Translations under genes and position numbers: made by a program
Assembly: GCF_026571515.1 (NCBI RefSeq)
Contig: NW_026852213.1
Coordinates: forward strand, 1 to 64,000
Reading direction: 5' to 3'
Length of the DNA stretch: 64,000 nucleotides
From: Ruditapes philippinarum
Taxonomy: Eukaryota
In this document: positions 28,100 to 41,000 of the stretch, in pieces
Layout: the number at the start of each line of letters is the position of its first letter
Position numbering within the stretch: position 1 is the stretch's first letter
The notes under the pieces: model-generated
The model's database searches: none
What the model saw: the letters and a program-made list of their open reading frames with translations, nothing else
Told to the model about the DNA's origin: nothing

Positions 28100-30050
28100 C
28101 ACGAAGTTCATACCTTTTTAAGTACCCATAAATTTCTGTTGAAAATGAAAAACTCTCCCATTATCAAACTATATATTTCTTCAAATTAAACAATGACCTA
28201 ATAATTTGTTGTATGCATGATACACAAACATGTCTTATCTTTAAAGCAAATTTTCAGACTATTAAAAATGTTTCCAAACAGTATCTGTTGAATACAGTGC
28301 TTTGATAAAAGAAAAATAAACATCTGAAGTTTAAAATAGAATCAACGTGAAAAAATAAAGATATTCTAAATGCGTATTATTTGAAATGAAATTTCTAAGA
28401 TAACCTAGAATATAATTTATTGTTTTCGAAACAATGGCATTATTTTAATGACATGGGAAACCTCAAGAAAATAGATATATCTAAACGGTTTGATTAATTG
28501 GTACTTTGATGGATTGTATTTTGTTAGCATATAAATTATATTCAAATTGTTTAAGATGTACAAGTTACGGATGGGTGTGAAAAGATAAACGAGTTTGTTT
28601 TGTGGTTTTTTGTTGAATGTTTTAACATTTTTACATCAGCACCCTCTTCGAATGTTTATATTTTCGTTTTAGATGTTTTTATTCACGGTGTAAAACCGTA
28701 ACCACAAATCACCACAACCACCAGTCGAATCTGCAACAGTAATGCCTTTATTTTATGAATGAAAAGTGATAGAGTATATACTTTAAGATAAGCAAAAAAA
28801 AACAACGTTTACAGAACGCAAAATTTAAATACAGTTAAAAACATCCGTTCCTATCGAATTTCATGTGAACGCAATAACTGCAGAACTGAATTGAATGAAG
28901 CTATCAATCGTGAATGCAAAAAAGTAAGAAAGCATTTTTAACAAGATTATAATTGAAAAATAACAAAGAGATTAGGAAACAAAAACATCTTATTTGAAGA
29001 GGAAATATGACTAAAAATAAAGATAAGTAAAATATATTTTAATAAAGGATCGTTGTTTTTCTGTTCTATTTACTATGTTTACATTTTATCTTGGTGCCGT
29101 AAAAACTACTTTCAATATTTTATGACCTTGGTCCTCTTTTGAAGAATTTTATTTTTAGTGAATGAGGTGATGTGTAAAACATTTAGATCTACCGCCTTTC
29201 AAAAATAATGGTCTTGAGATAAAAGAATTAATGGCTTAATATATCAAACATGAAACAATATAGAAATGCTTTATTGTTGATAAAAAACGCATGTAATCGT
29301 GGATTGTTATAATTCCTCCTTCTAAAAGTAATCATTATATAACATGAATACTTGAAAACAAGAAACAAGCACAGATAATATTGTGACCATGTCAATTCTA
29401 TTTTTGATATCCCTTGAACAGAAATGAGGATATGAATAACACTTTATATAATTTGGCATTAACAAATCACATAATATCTTTAAAAAAAATATTCCTATCT
29501 TGGTTTACTACACCTTTAGTTTATACAAATAATTTTACTTCGATTGTGTTGAACGCTATTAGCTTATTGAAACACTCGAATCCGTTGAAGAACCAGTACA
29601 AAGCAACGAGTGTAAAGTTCCTTGCTCAAGGAAACAACGGCTTGCCCCCGACAGGGTTTTAACCCAGGCGGTCAGTAATCCTACGAATACTAGTCAGACG
29701 GATCGACCACTCGACCACGCCGCCACACCATTAACGTCACTCATTCGTATTGGCACTTATTCTTTTTTCGATCAGATCATTAAGTATGCCTAATGCAAAT
29801 TGTATCACATAACAAGCACAAAATGCTACAATTGCCATAGGAAACAATTGACATAAACAAAATTTATAAAATAATAATTTCCATTGATTTCGGTTTTATT
29901 CAAGACAATCATGTATAACAACAACCATTAACATCAGCACTGTATGTAAATATTACGTAACACAACAGCAATATGGCAAATGTTATAATCTCCGACAAGT
30001 AGGACATAAAACATGCTGAGCATTAAGAAATATATAATAATTGTACTAAT
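28100..30050 (+). pseudogene. Fragmentary LRR-like pseudogene, copy 7
   Basis: 28160-28450 resembles 25520-25810, and 29880-30035 resembles 26245-26355. Confidence 0.35.
29510..29730 (-). mobile_element. tRNA-derived SINE (CORE-like family)
   Basis: A-box-like GTGGTCGAGTGG head and TCCTTGAGCAAGGAACTTTA body; related copy at 52805-53020. Confidence 0.65.
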
Positions 30051-31795
30051 TAATACGCTAATTTCTTGACAAAGTTATCACTTAATGTATAAAGCCTATT
30101 ACATTGAATAGGTAATTTTCGGTTCTCGCAATAACTGCAGAGCCAAATGTCATTTAGTACATAAAGATTTTAGCATTCACGAAATACGGATTATCTCCCT
30201 TCCTTCTTTATTAACATGTTACACTTTGAATGACAAGTATTATAATAAACTGATACTAGTACCACACAAACGTTGATCTTACCGACGTAACCAAACAAAT
30301 TTGTTTTACGGTAACAGATCTAAAGCGACTTAAAACAAGCATTCCAAACTATGGAAAAACATTAAATTTTTGTATTCTTTCGTTGCTTATCTTATTTCTT
30401 TTCATTTATTGATGTTTTAAAAATTTTATATAGAGTCAACATCGCAAAGCAGTTACTTCATTGTAGTGAGTTCTGTAGAATTTGAACTGCAATCTGAACT
30501 TGAACGTTCCATGTAGATTCAGAGTAATTGAACGTTATATAAACATTATATAGACCTTTAATCAATTTCACCCTGGCCACCATTAACACAATCCATTCAT
30601 GTCCAATCCATGGTATATTAACAGGTTCATTTAAAGGAAAGTTCATGTAGCGTGTTTCACTAGATGCATATGTATATGTATCTCACAAAGGATGGGAAGA
30701 TAGTTGTTCAAGTCTCCGGCCGATGTCTGGTAAAACTATCAAGAAATCGTTGCACCTTCCCAACTTCTGGTTCTGAAATGTCAACAAAAGATGATATTTA
30801 TGCATTATGATTTATGGTCGTAACATGGTGTACATTTAAAAGACATGTACAAATACTTTTTATATCCTATAGTTATAGACGATAAATAATTTGCTTAAAT
30901 CATAATTTGCCTAAATTTGAATCACACATGTCACTAAATGTCCTAAATTCAACTATCCAGGTTTGGATATAAAATTGTAGCATGTAAATATTAAATACAT
31001 AATCTTGCAAATACACTGATGATACCAAGAATTGTTTCTACCGTCAGAAATTGTTAAATTTTTATTCTAATCTTCTTCTATATATATCCACCTCCACCCC
31101 AATTTTTTCTATACGGGGTCCCACTGGGTGTCAATCGTAATGCCATGTACATATAGATGGAAATTATGGCTGACTACATCCTATGAATTTTGATCTCGCT
31201 TGCTGAACTTTAATTGATTTTATGCTATTTCTTGTTTTAATTGTGTCCTGTTTCATATTCTACCATACATTCCTGAAGCATTTCGAAAGTTAATTGGCAA
31301 GTCCTGTACTTCCTTTACTAAATACATTATTTATTTACGTGCGTTACTATATATACATAATGATAGACTTGTGACAGAAACTTAGAGCAAGATAAGTTTG
31401 CATATTTACCACTTTTAGAACTCTCTATACTCTATATATTGCCGGTTGCTCAGTTTGATAAACAATGACAACAAAAATTTACAATATACGACACTCTTCA
31501 TGAAATGAGATGGCTTCAAAGGCACCGATGATGTATTGAGAGCAGCTGCAAATGCTTGGAAAAGCTTTGAGTGTGTGATGGTTGACGCCATCGCTTTAAC
31601 TATATGCGCCTAACTAAGTTTGCTTAGATATGCATGTGCTGGTTAAGAGTTGTTTAATTGTTATAGTTTTAAACTTAAAAAGATTATCGATTCTGTCTGT
31701 AAGTATTTTATGTGGTAAGATAGTGTTGGGTTTTTTTATATTTCTAGAGTAATTTCAGATATTTCTTGAGAATGAAGTGCGTCAGACCGGTACAT

Positions 31796-32022
31796 TTAGC
31801 AAGACATTGATAATAAAATGGAAGCAGAATTTTCACATATCCCTGTAAGAAATCCTGACAAAGATAAAAAATACGTAGGAATAAAGATGTGGAAGTTTTT
31901 ACCAGAGGAGGCAGACGTGGAAGATGGAGCAATGGTATGTCTTGTGTTTATCTCTGTATGAGCTCTGTGTTCCTCTATGTTGTAGGTGTCGTCACCACTC
32001 TCACTGTGCATTGATGCCATAA
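31796..32022 (-). CDS. LBP/BPI-like terminal exon (Ser/Thr linker plus hydrophobic tail)
   Basis: Phase-1 ttattcag acceptor is in frame with ORF 31796-32047; ends ...SSTSASSGKNFHIFIPTYFLSLSGFLTGICENSASILLSMSC. Confidence 0.6.
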
Positions 32023-35000
32023 CTGAATAAATCAAATAAACTATCATTGTTGTAATATGGTCGGTTACACAAATAACGAAATGTATACATCATTACTTCA
32101 TCTGTTCAGCTGTTCAGCAATAATAATAGAATAAAACATCATCATGCAACTGTTTTGCAATACGTTCGATTACACAAATTACGAAATATATACATCATTT
32201 GTTCATGTATTAAGCTACTCAGCAAAATTCTACATACTCAAGACATGAGAAATATAAAGACATAATCCTTATATTCATTTTTTTTATTGTTGATTAATTA
32301 GTGCGACAATAATGATTGTCAAAATCAATTTTAACATCTAAATCTACATATTTATCTTCACAACAACATTTGAAGAACGCAGCATTCGACCAAATACGAA
32401 CCTATACACAAACAAGACGACGCCAAAACTTAACACACAGTGTGATTAACAGCGGTAAAAATGATTATGTATTGCATTGACATAATGATAAACATTATTT
32501 ACATTGTATAAAAGCGCTGGTTCTTACATGTTTTTTATCTGTGTGTATTTTCTTCACAGTAATGTATCCTTTATTTCATTTTCAAAAGAACAACCTATAG
32601 GCTGATGAAATTCAAATACGAATTAATTCCAGCACGTATGTTGGGCAGTAATTTCCTGCTAAAACTTATCATTGTGTGAAAGGCTTCCGTTCTTTTATTG
32701 ACTTATCGTACAATATTACAGACTGACTCGATGTCTACTTAACGCAAGGAACATGACTGTCAAGATAATTGCAGAAGACTGGCGTGTAGAAATATTAATG
32801 AATAATTTTTTGGCAGAAAACAAGCATTCTTCTAAAATTAGCGTCAGGCATCGCGTGCCAGATTGAGTGTAAAATATATGTTTATCAAATTGACCTTTGC
32901 ATAACGCCTGTCTGGATGCTTCCAGATTGGCATGATTCAAAATTTGATATACATATAAAAAATATTGTTGATTTTTTTTATGAACTTCATAACGTCAGAA
33001 TTTCCCTATATTTCACCAATGGCATGTATTTTGTTATAGAAATTTTCAATGTACAATTCGATCAGTGGTAAAGCATTTTCTGTTTTGCTGATAATACGAG
33101 ACAGAAAACATCAATGTCTTAAAAGGATACACTGTACATATGAAAATAATCCAAATAACATAATGCAAAGGTGATTGATGTGAGTAAAAAGCGTTAAGTT
33201 GATGTTTTAAAAATAATTAAACCTAAAAAAAAAACATTTCGAAATTGTATATAAAAGCGTAAGAGCAAATCATATATTTGTTGAATTATTCCGCCCAGAT
33301 CACACCAGAAACCCTAAGTTATACATGAAATTTACTTTAAATATCATTGATATGCTTGGATTTTAACAGTACATTGAATCTTATAGAAATTGTAATGTGT
33401 GGAAAATAAAATCTTTAAGTATGAATTGAACTTATTGATTTCAAATGAGCATATACTTTTGACTAATGTTTTGTAACAAATATCACTGCATATTATCGAA
33501 AGGACATATAACAAAATAGTTATTTTTTGTTCACTTTATTAAGATAAAAATTAAGAAAGCATTATTTTTTACATAAATAAATAGGTATTTATTTAAAGAC
33601 CTATTTATTTAAAGTGTCCCTAACAATATAATGACATCGATATAAGATTTAAAAGAACATTATTGCTGCGTAAACACAATAAATATAATCCAAAGACTTG
33701 AACAAAATGAAATGAAGCATGTAATTTATATGAACACATACTTTTGCTAAAATTGTCAAAAACGAAATCCCTAAAGAACGTTGTGAATGGCAAAATTGAA
33801 AAATGTTGCAGGATTGGTTTGATTAAGCCTGTTTATTGAAGGCTGTGGAAAGTAAATGAAACTACAGTCCATCAACGTGGCACCGAATTAAGTACAATTC
33901 ACCTTTTGAACACGGAATGGTGCAATTTTGAATGTAGAAATATCCAAAGTTGTGTTCATACGGCGATTATCAAGTAACCTCTTTTAATGTGACACTTTTG
34001 TGCCAGTTCATATAAAGCGGCATTTGGTCCTAGAGTAAAAAGAGTGTGTACCGTAAACTGGAAAACAATGGGCACATCTAAATAAATGAGATCAAAGGTA
34101 ATGAAGACTGTCTGAGATAAAATTTAAAGTTTCGGGTTTTTTTACTACTTGTATAAAGTATAGTACATACCTGTCAGTGCTGACAACAATATTTGACCAT
34201 CATCTTGAACAGCTTCTTGTATCACTTTTGCTATCTGAAACCAAGGCAACGGTTACTATGATATCAAATAAAGTTAGATGATATTTGAATGTGTGATATA
34301 ATTATTATGTTAAAGGACTCTTGCATCTAATCTATATAAACAGCTGTAAAGACATAGAAATAGAGAAATGTCTTAAAACTGACCTCTTTTGGGTACACAT
34401 TTGTGTTTTATTTGTAAAAGATGTAAAACAGTGTTAAAATATTCTCATTATTAATTCAACTTAATAAGTCTTTGCTATTTTCATTCGTTTTGTTTTAAAC
34501 TCATTTTTCATACACATGTACTTGTCAACATGTTATGTAAGTTTGCTGTTGGAAGTATGTCATACAGAACGATTCATTTAAAAAAGATGTTTGTTTTATG
34601 TAAATTTACACATTTTAGCTTTAAACACATACACTAGTTGTATTCTTTTTTCTGATATTCTATGACATTTTCTGGATGAAACAAATTAAATAGGGGGCGC
34701 TTGAAACAAAATAAATCATTAAATTTCGTTTAATTGGCATAGTACATATTGCAGGTAAATCAATACAAAGTGCCAAGAGCAATATGTAGTCTTCATGACA
34801 ATTCGTATGGAAATCAATTATCATGCTTGACTAAACGAAAACATTACAAATCTCTTATTTCAAGCAAGAAACGGTATTTTATAGATCTATTGCGAGTATA
34901 TAAAATCTGGGAGGGAGAGAGAGATCTGCGGTAATGATTACATAGCGACAAGTTAAACACTCAGGCAAAGTGTGTCTCCTCAAAAAGATTAACGTCTTTC

Positions 35001-38000
35001 ACAATCCAGACATGTGTTGACTTTGAAATAGTTGGCCTAATTTTACAAAAAGCAAATGTTTAAAAGGTGCACATTTGATAAAGTTATTCTAAAATGTTTA
35101 AAAATAGATTATCTAAGCACGAACTTTGTGGAGCATAAATATCCATATGTGTACATGTATATGCATTCAAAATTAGTTGTTTTAAAAACTAATAGGAGCA
35201 TACATTATTCTAACAAGCCAATATATCATATTATAGCCTGCAAGTGACATTTAAGTATTTTACGGAATAAGATTATTTTATATGCGGAAACTATTCAACT
35301 AGTTTGCGGAACGATGGTTGTTCTACTCGGGTGACTGTTCGTGCCTGAAATATAGCACGGAAATGCAAAACAATTAACCACCCGGCATAGGACGCCTCTT
35401 ATTTAATATTACCTGAGCTTCTAAATGGCGTCTGTAGACCTTTATGTACAAAGATGTTAAAAACTGGCACAGTCTTGCCGCGCCTCCCTGAAATTTAACT
35501 TTTATAATGCCAACAGTGCATGTGACGTCATGCGGAAGTGGGCGGTGTCTGTGGTGATGGGTCGGGCGATGTTGATTGTGATGTCGGCTGCGACGCGGTG
35601 GTGAAGGTTGTGATTCTAAATATAAAAAAAATCTATATAAAAATTTAAATCACATAAACAATACAAACGATACAACGCATCACACATGAAGTAATAGTTC
35701 TGTTCTGTTTGTATATTAATCAATGCATAATATATGCGGAATATTCCGTATGGTATCTATGTTTATTCCCTATGGTATATGTGTTAATTAAACGGTAATA
35801 AGTCGTCCTTGCCTTATACAAGTATTTCAATAAAGTATACAATGCATTAGGAAAATATATATGTGAAACAATTTAATACAGATAGATGTAAAACAGAAGA
35901 GGGTAAAAATTATAATAGTAAGAAATGGTCTTCATCGACTTTCTATATACATGTTTATTCTATAAAAAAAAAGGACAGCGCCATTTTGTATTATTTACAT
36001 GTTATTATATGAAATTATGTCAATAATAGAATATACAAACAACAGATGTCGAATGCTTGTAAACTATTACATAACTTTTGTTTAGAATTGTTTTCGTATT
36101 ACCATTCTATGTTGCATTTATAAAGAAAACCCTTACAAACGCAACAATAACTCACCTAATGCCAATTAATTATCAGTAAACACTTTCTACAACTTATACC
36201 ATGCCACTATAATCAAACTTTATTATCTAAATTAAATTACTTTAAACTGTTATAAACGTTGGCAATCACATAACTCGAGCATTTCTTACAGAAATAAAAA
36301 AAAATCTATTAATCATTCGTACTGCGTAGGAAAACATTGTCGTCTCTGAAACAACAGTGATTAATAATTAATATAATCAAATTTGTCCTTGTGTTGTGAT
36401 AATAAATACCTAACTTGGTCACTAACCTTAATGGACTAATTGTCAGCATATGGTATAAATATAAGTATCTACGTAAATGAGTATATACGAAGCCATAATA
36501 TCTTATAAATGAATAATAAATAGTCTGATATACCGGGTATGTCATATGGTATAGAACTATGCTTAACAAAAAATCATGATTAAATAACGTCGATAATTTA
36601 AGTAAAAATAAAATACTTGGGTATCGAGAAGTATAAAAGAAATAATAATTAAAATTATAGCAATACTTGAAATAAGTAGTTGTCTTAGGTTCAGAGACTG
36701 GTATCCTTATCAGTAACAAAACATTTATGACAAGTCAAGGTTCCTAAATTATGTGCATATTATATCGATTTATATTATAAATAATTTCATATTATCCGGA
36801 CATCTTCATATGATTGCTTACCTGTACTGTTGTCTTTGATTGTCAGACATATGGCACCAAGATCGAACACAAACTCTCCAGTCTTGTTGTAGCCAAGTCT
36901 GTCAAGGAAAATAGTGAAATAATCTTATCATGTTTTTACCATGTTATAAAATATAACCATCTTATATAAAGAGAAATCATAACATCAATATCAAATAACA
37001 GAGAGAGATACGGAAACCTTATCTTGTGTGACATTAAGACTACGGCTTTGTAAATTGAATTTGGAAACGGTGGTGCTAAGCTACTAATTTAATTCAATTA
37101 ATTTGGGATTTGCACATATATTTTATGATTTAATTATTACCACCTTTTTAGTAGTGAAACAAGTGTCACCTAAATACTGGATATTCAGATTTGATATTAA
37201 AATAGCATAATTATTTCAATTTTGTTCCAATAAGGTTGATTTAAGAACTTCATATTACTTAAATCCAACTCATATCAAGAAATTAACATTTATTTTAGTA
37301 TTAAAATTGCGAAAAAATATATGTTGACAAGATTTTATGAAAGTTAATAAGGACAGAGGTGTGTCTTTTATCTTTTACGATGAAATACCATGACGGAAGT
37401 AGGTGTGTTTGTTGACTGGTAGAAATCATTCAAATATATTAGAGTTAATGTAGCAATAAATAAGGTCGAGTAAATTATTAATGACACACTTAAAATGGTT
37501 ACAAGCACGTTACTAATATTATTGTACTGTGAATGTTATTACTAATTGTCATTCATCAGAAACCTCGATAGAACAATAAACTAGATACATGTAACAATAC
37601 TTTATTACTTGTTGTTATACAATTAATATTGCTATTTATTATATACATTGTACTTGTAACTTAAATATGGAGATATATTGATGAAAAAAAATGCGTATTT
37701 TCAATGCAAATAAAATAATTTTCACTGCAGTGAAACATATTTTCCGTATTTTCAATGGTGTCTTGCCGGACTACTTTCTGCTTAATTCGGCCAATATACA
37801 AAATTTAAGAGAAAGTCTTCAAAAAAGAGATAACAAAAGTATATGATAAACAGAAAATTCAAGTTTTTTTTTATATAAATACAGGATTTATTATCATCTT
37901 GTGGTATGAAACTTATCATATTTCATACCACTTGATGAAAATAAATCCTGTGTTTATAATTCTTGAATATCGTCTGTGCATTCTACGTAGTGTTTATCTA

Positions 38001-41000
38001 AATATAATGAGCGTATATTAGAATATTAAATTTTGTACAGATTAGTCTGAAACTTAATATAATATAATAGTGTTTCAGGTTTGGATAATTTTGTATGACT
38101 TGGACAATAAAATTGGAAGAAAAACAAGAACAATGATTATCAAATGGAGGAAATGTTTTAATCAGAGACATAGATAACATGTTATCTACATCTCTGTTAT
38201 AACCATTTACATGTATTAACATACCAATTGTCACTTATGAATTGTTTCCATTTAAGTCATTTTGGATATTTGCCCGGTAAAAAAGACACGTATTTCTTCC
38301 ATACTTAGTCTATCAACAAATAATATCCTAACAGCTCGTATTCGGCTTAATGCCAAAATGACGTAATCAGACGCAGTACGTGACATATACCATTAAGAGG
38401 GTAGAACGCCATTAACTCTATTACGATAATTACCTATCAAGCACTGATGACAATTTCTTATCTCTGAGATAAATAACGGGCCAGGAAAAAAGCGCCATTA
38501 GTATACCATAAGTATATGCTTTTAATCCAGTCTGTTATTTAATCACAATGCGATGCCTAGTTAATGATGAGGCGAATTAAGAAGTCAAGTGCGATAAAGC
38601 CAAGTTCGTGTCTTAGTATTACGATATATAGTCTTGTACAATTATCATTGTAAAATGTATATAAAAAATGAGATTTTAGATGTTAGGTCAATGTAGGTTT
38701 AGGAAAATGAGATGAAGCCATGTGTATTGCAGATACAAAAGTTTATCTTAATCTATATGATAACAAATGAAAAGCCTAATGTTTAGTGTCAATGTATCGA
38801 AGGATATCGAGATCATATCGTTTCAACGATAATTCGGGTAGCGTGAATGTATAGAGAATAAATGAGCCGTGTCACGACAAAACCAACATAATGCGTTTGC
38901 GACCAGCATGGATCCAGACCAGCCTGAGCATCCGCGCAGTCTGATCAGGATCCATGCTGTTCGCTATTAGTTTCTCTACTTGTAATAGGGTTGGTAAGCG
39001 AACAGCATGGATCCTGATCAGACTGCGCGGATGCGCAGGCTGGTCTTGATCCATGCTGGTCGCAAACGCACTATGTTGGTTTTGTCGTGATGCGGCTAAA
39101 ATGATCAAGCACTGTTTAGATAGTTACAAACTTCACCATTTATAGAAAATAAATGAGCAGTCAATGTTTTGGTAGTTTCAAACGGTGCCATTTTTTATGA
39201 TTTTTCGACAATGAACAACATCAGTTAACGTAACCAATTAGTTATAACACATTTGAGCTGGTCTGGATCCATGCTGGTCGCAAACCCAGTATGTTGGTTT
39301 TGTCGTGACGCGGCTCATTTATTTGTGAAACAAGTATCTGCAATTCATGTTAATCATTTTCGAGACCGATTCTTCATGAACTTAACCATGATGGTGTCAT
39401 ATGGGAAAACATGTGTCATATGGGGAAACATGGCCAAGTATGGCTCGGAGCCAACACGATCGCGATCACTTTAACCACTAAACCACATTTTCCCTTCTCC
39501 CCGTAACTTCAATGGCCAAACATATTTATCAATATAAGATTGTTGCAGCTTTCTTTCCCAGAATACCGAGGACATACCTAAAAACTGGACATGCTATGAA
39601 GATGAGCTTGACGTGTCTCGAAGACAACAATCTCTCCAGCAATACATACTTGTGTACTTGTTAACATTTGCAGAACATAGACCATCATCGAAATGAACCT
39701 TTAATTCTTATAACTGAATATTATGTCAAATCTTTACTTTTGGCTCCGAAAGATGTTTTTATCGTTTATTTTGTTGCAAAAAATCAACATATAGGAATAA
39801 CTAAAATGTGACAAAATGCGTGTTAGAAATGGGCGGCAATGTTTAAGGATCTCCTAATTCATCATCGGAGAATTGGTAGGAACTGTTTTATTTTTTATTT
39901 TATTTTTTGTTCTAACAGGTGTTAAAACATGATCTGAGTTATGCAGTTTATTGCTTTTCGATACCATTATCAAATTTTATGAAATTCATATTTCAACTTG
40001 GGCGAGTTTATTAACAAAAATTGTTTTATATCCGTGGGAAATTTGATTTAGATGCAAACATTGAGGTAATAATTTGTGTCATTTATTGCATGTTACAGAC
40101 AGATATGCAAAGAATGGTTTTGATAAATGACACTTCTGTACAAGAATTTATGATGAATTTAAATTTTATAAAAAATCATTTCATGCCGCAAATCCAGGAG
40201 ATTTATAAACACATTTTGTAACATGTATAGATACTACATTGTATTTGTTTCTGTGGAAAATATTGTGTTTAGAATTGAGAAAATCAAAATATGTTCATGA
40301 CTGATCAATGCGACTATTTAACATCGTAATGAATGTTATTCCATTATTCATATAATGTTAATAATTAAGTGTTTTCATAATGGCCGTGTTATTGGGCCGA
40401 AGACTGTCATATTAGCCTGAGGCCGAAGGCTAATATGAAAGTCTAAAGCCCAATAACAAGGTCATTATGAAAACACTTAGTTATTGACATTTTTTTTAAT
40501 TAACTACTGTGTTATGTATCTAAAAAAAACTTATGTGAAATTCCGTTGTGAGGTATTGCAAATGAGATTCTTGTTTTAAAAATGTCTCGAAACCTACTTT
40601 GCAGCAATTCAAAATGACGACTATTTTTAAATGAAGAAAAAGCAGATTGATAATGACCGAGCTGGAGAGCCAATCAAAATTCTCCAATCTCATAAAAGCA
40701 GAGTTTTTCATAAATTCCGTACTTTTTGCATAATGGCCTTGTTTTATGTTCATAATGTCCTAGTGAACTACATATTAGCCTAACATTAGAAGTGAAAACG
40801 TGCCTTATATTGAAACGTGAATTTATAAGGAAACATAAGAAGTGAACGTAGGTTAATCATGAATATTTCATGTATATATTTAGTTTTCCTTTTCAAATGG
40901 AATATGGTAAGTGATTTAGAGTGTACTTTTCAGAAACAAGATAGATCTAATAGTCGCGTCACGACAAAACCAACATAGTGGGTTTGCGACCAGCATGGAT

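Noticed and set aside
39577-39713. Extra BPI-like exon with plausible splice sites
   Set aside because: All three frames contain stops, and the flanking exons join in phase without it.
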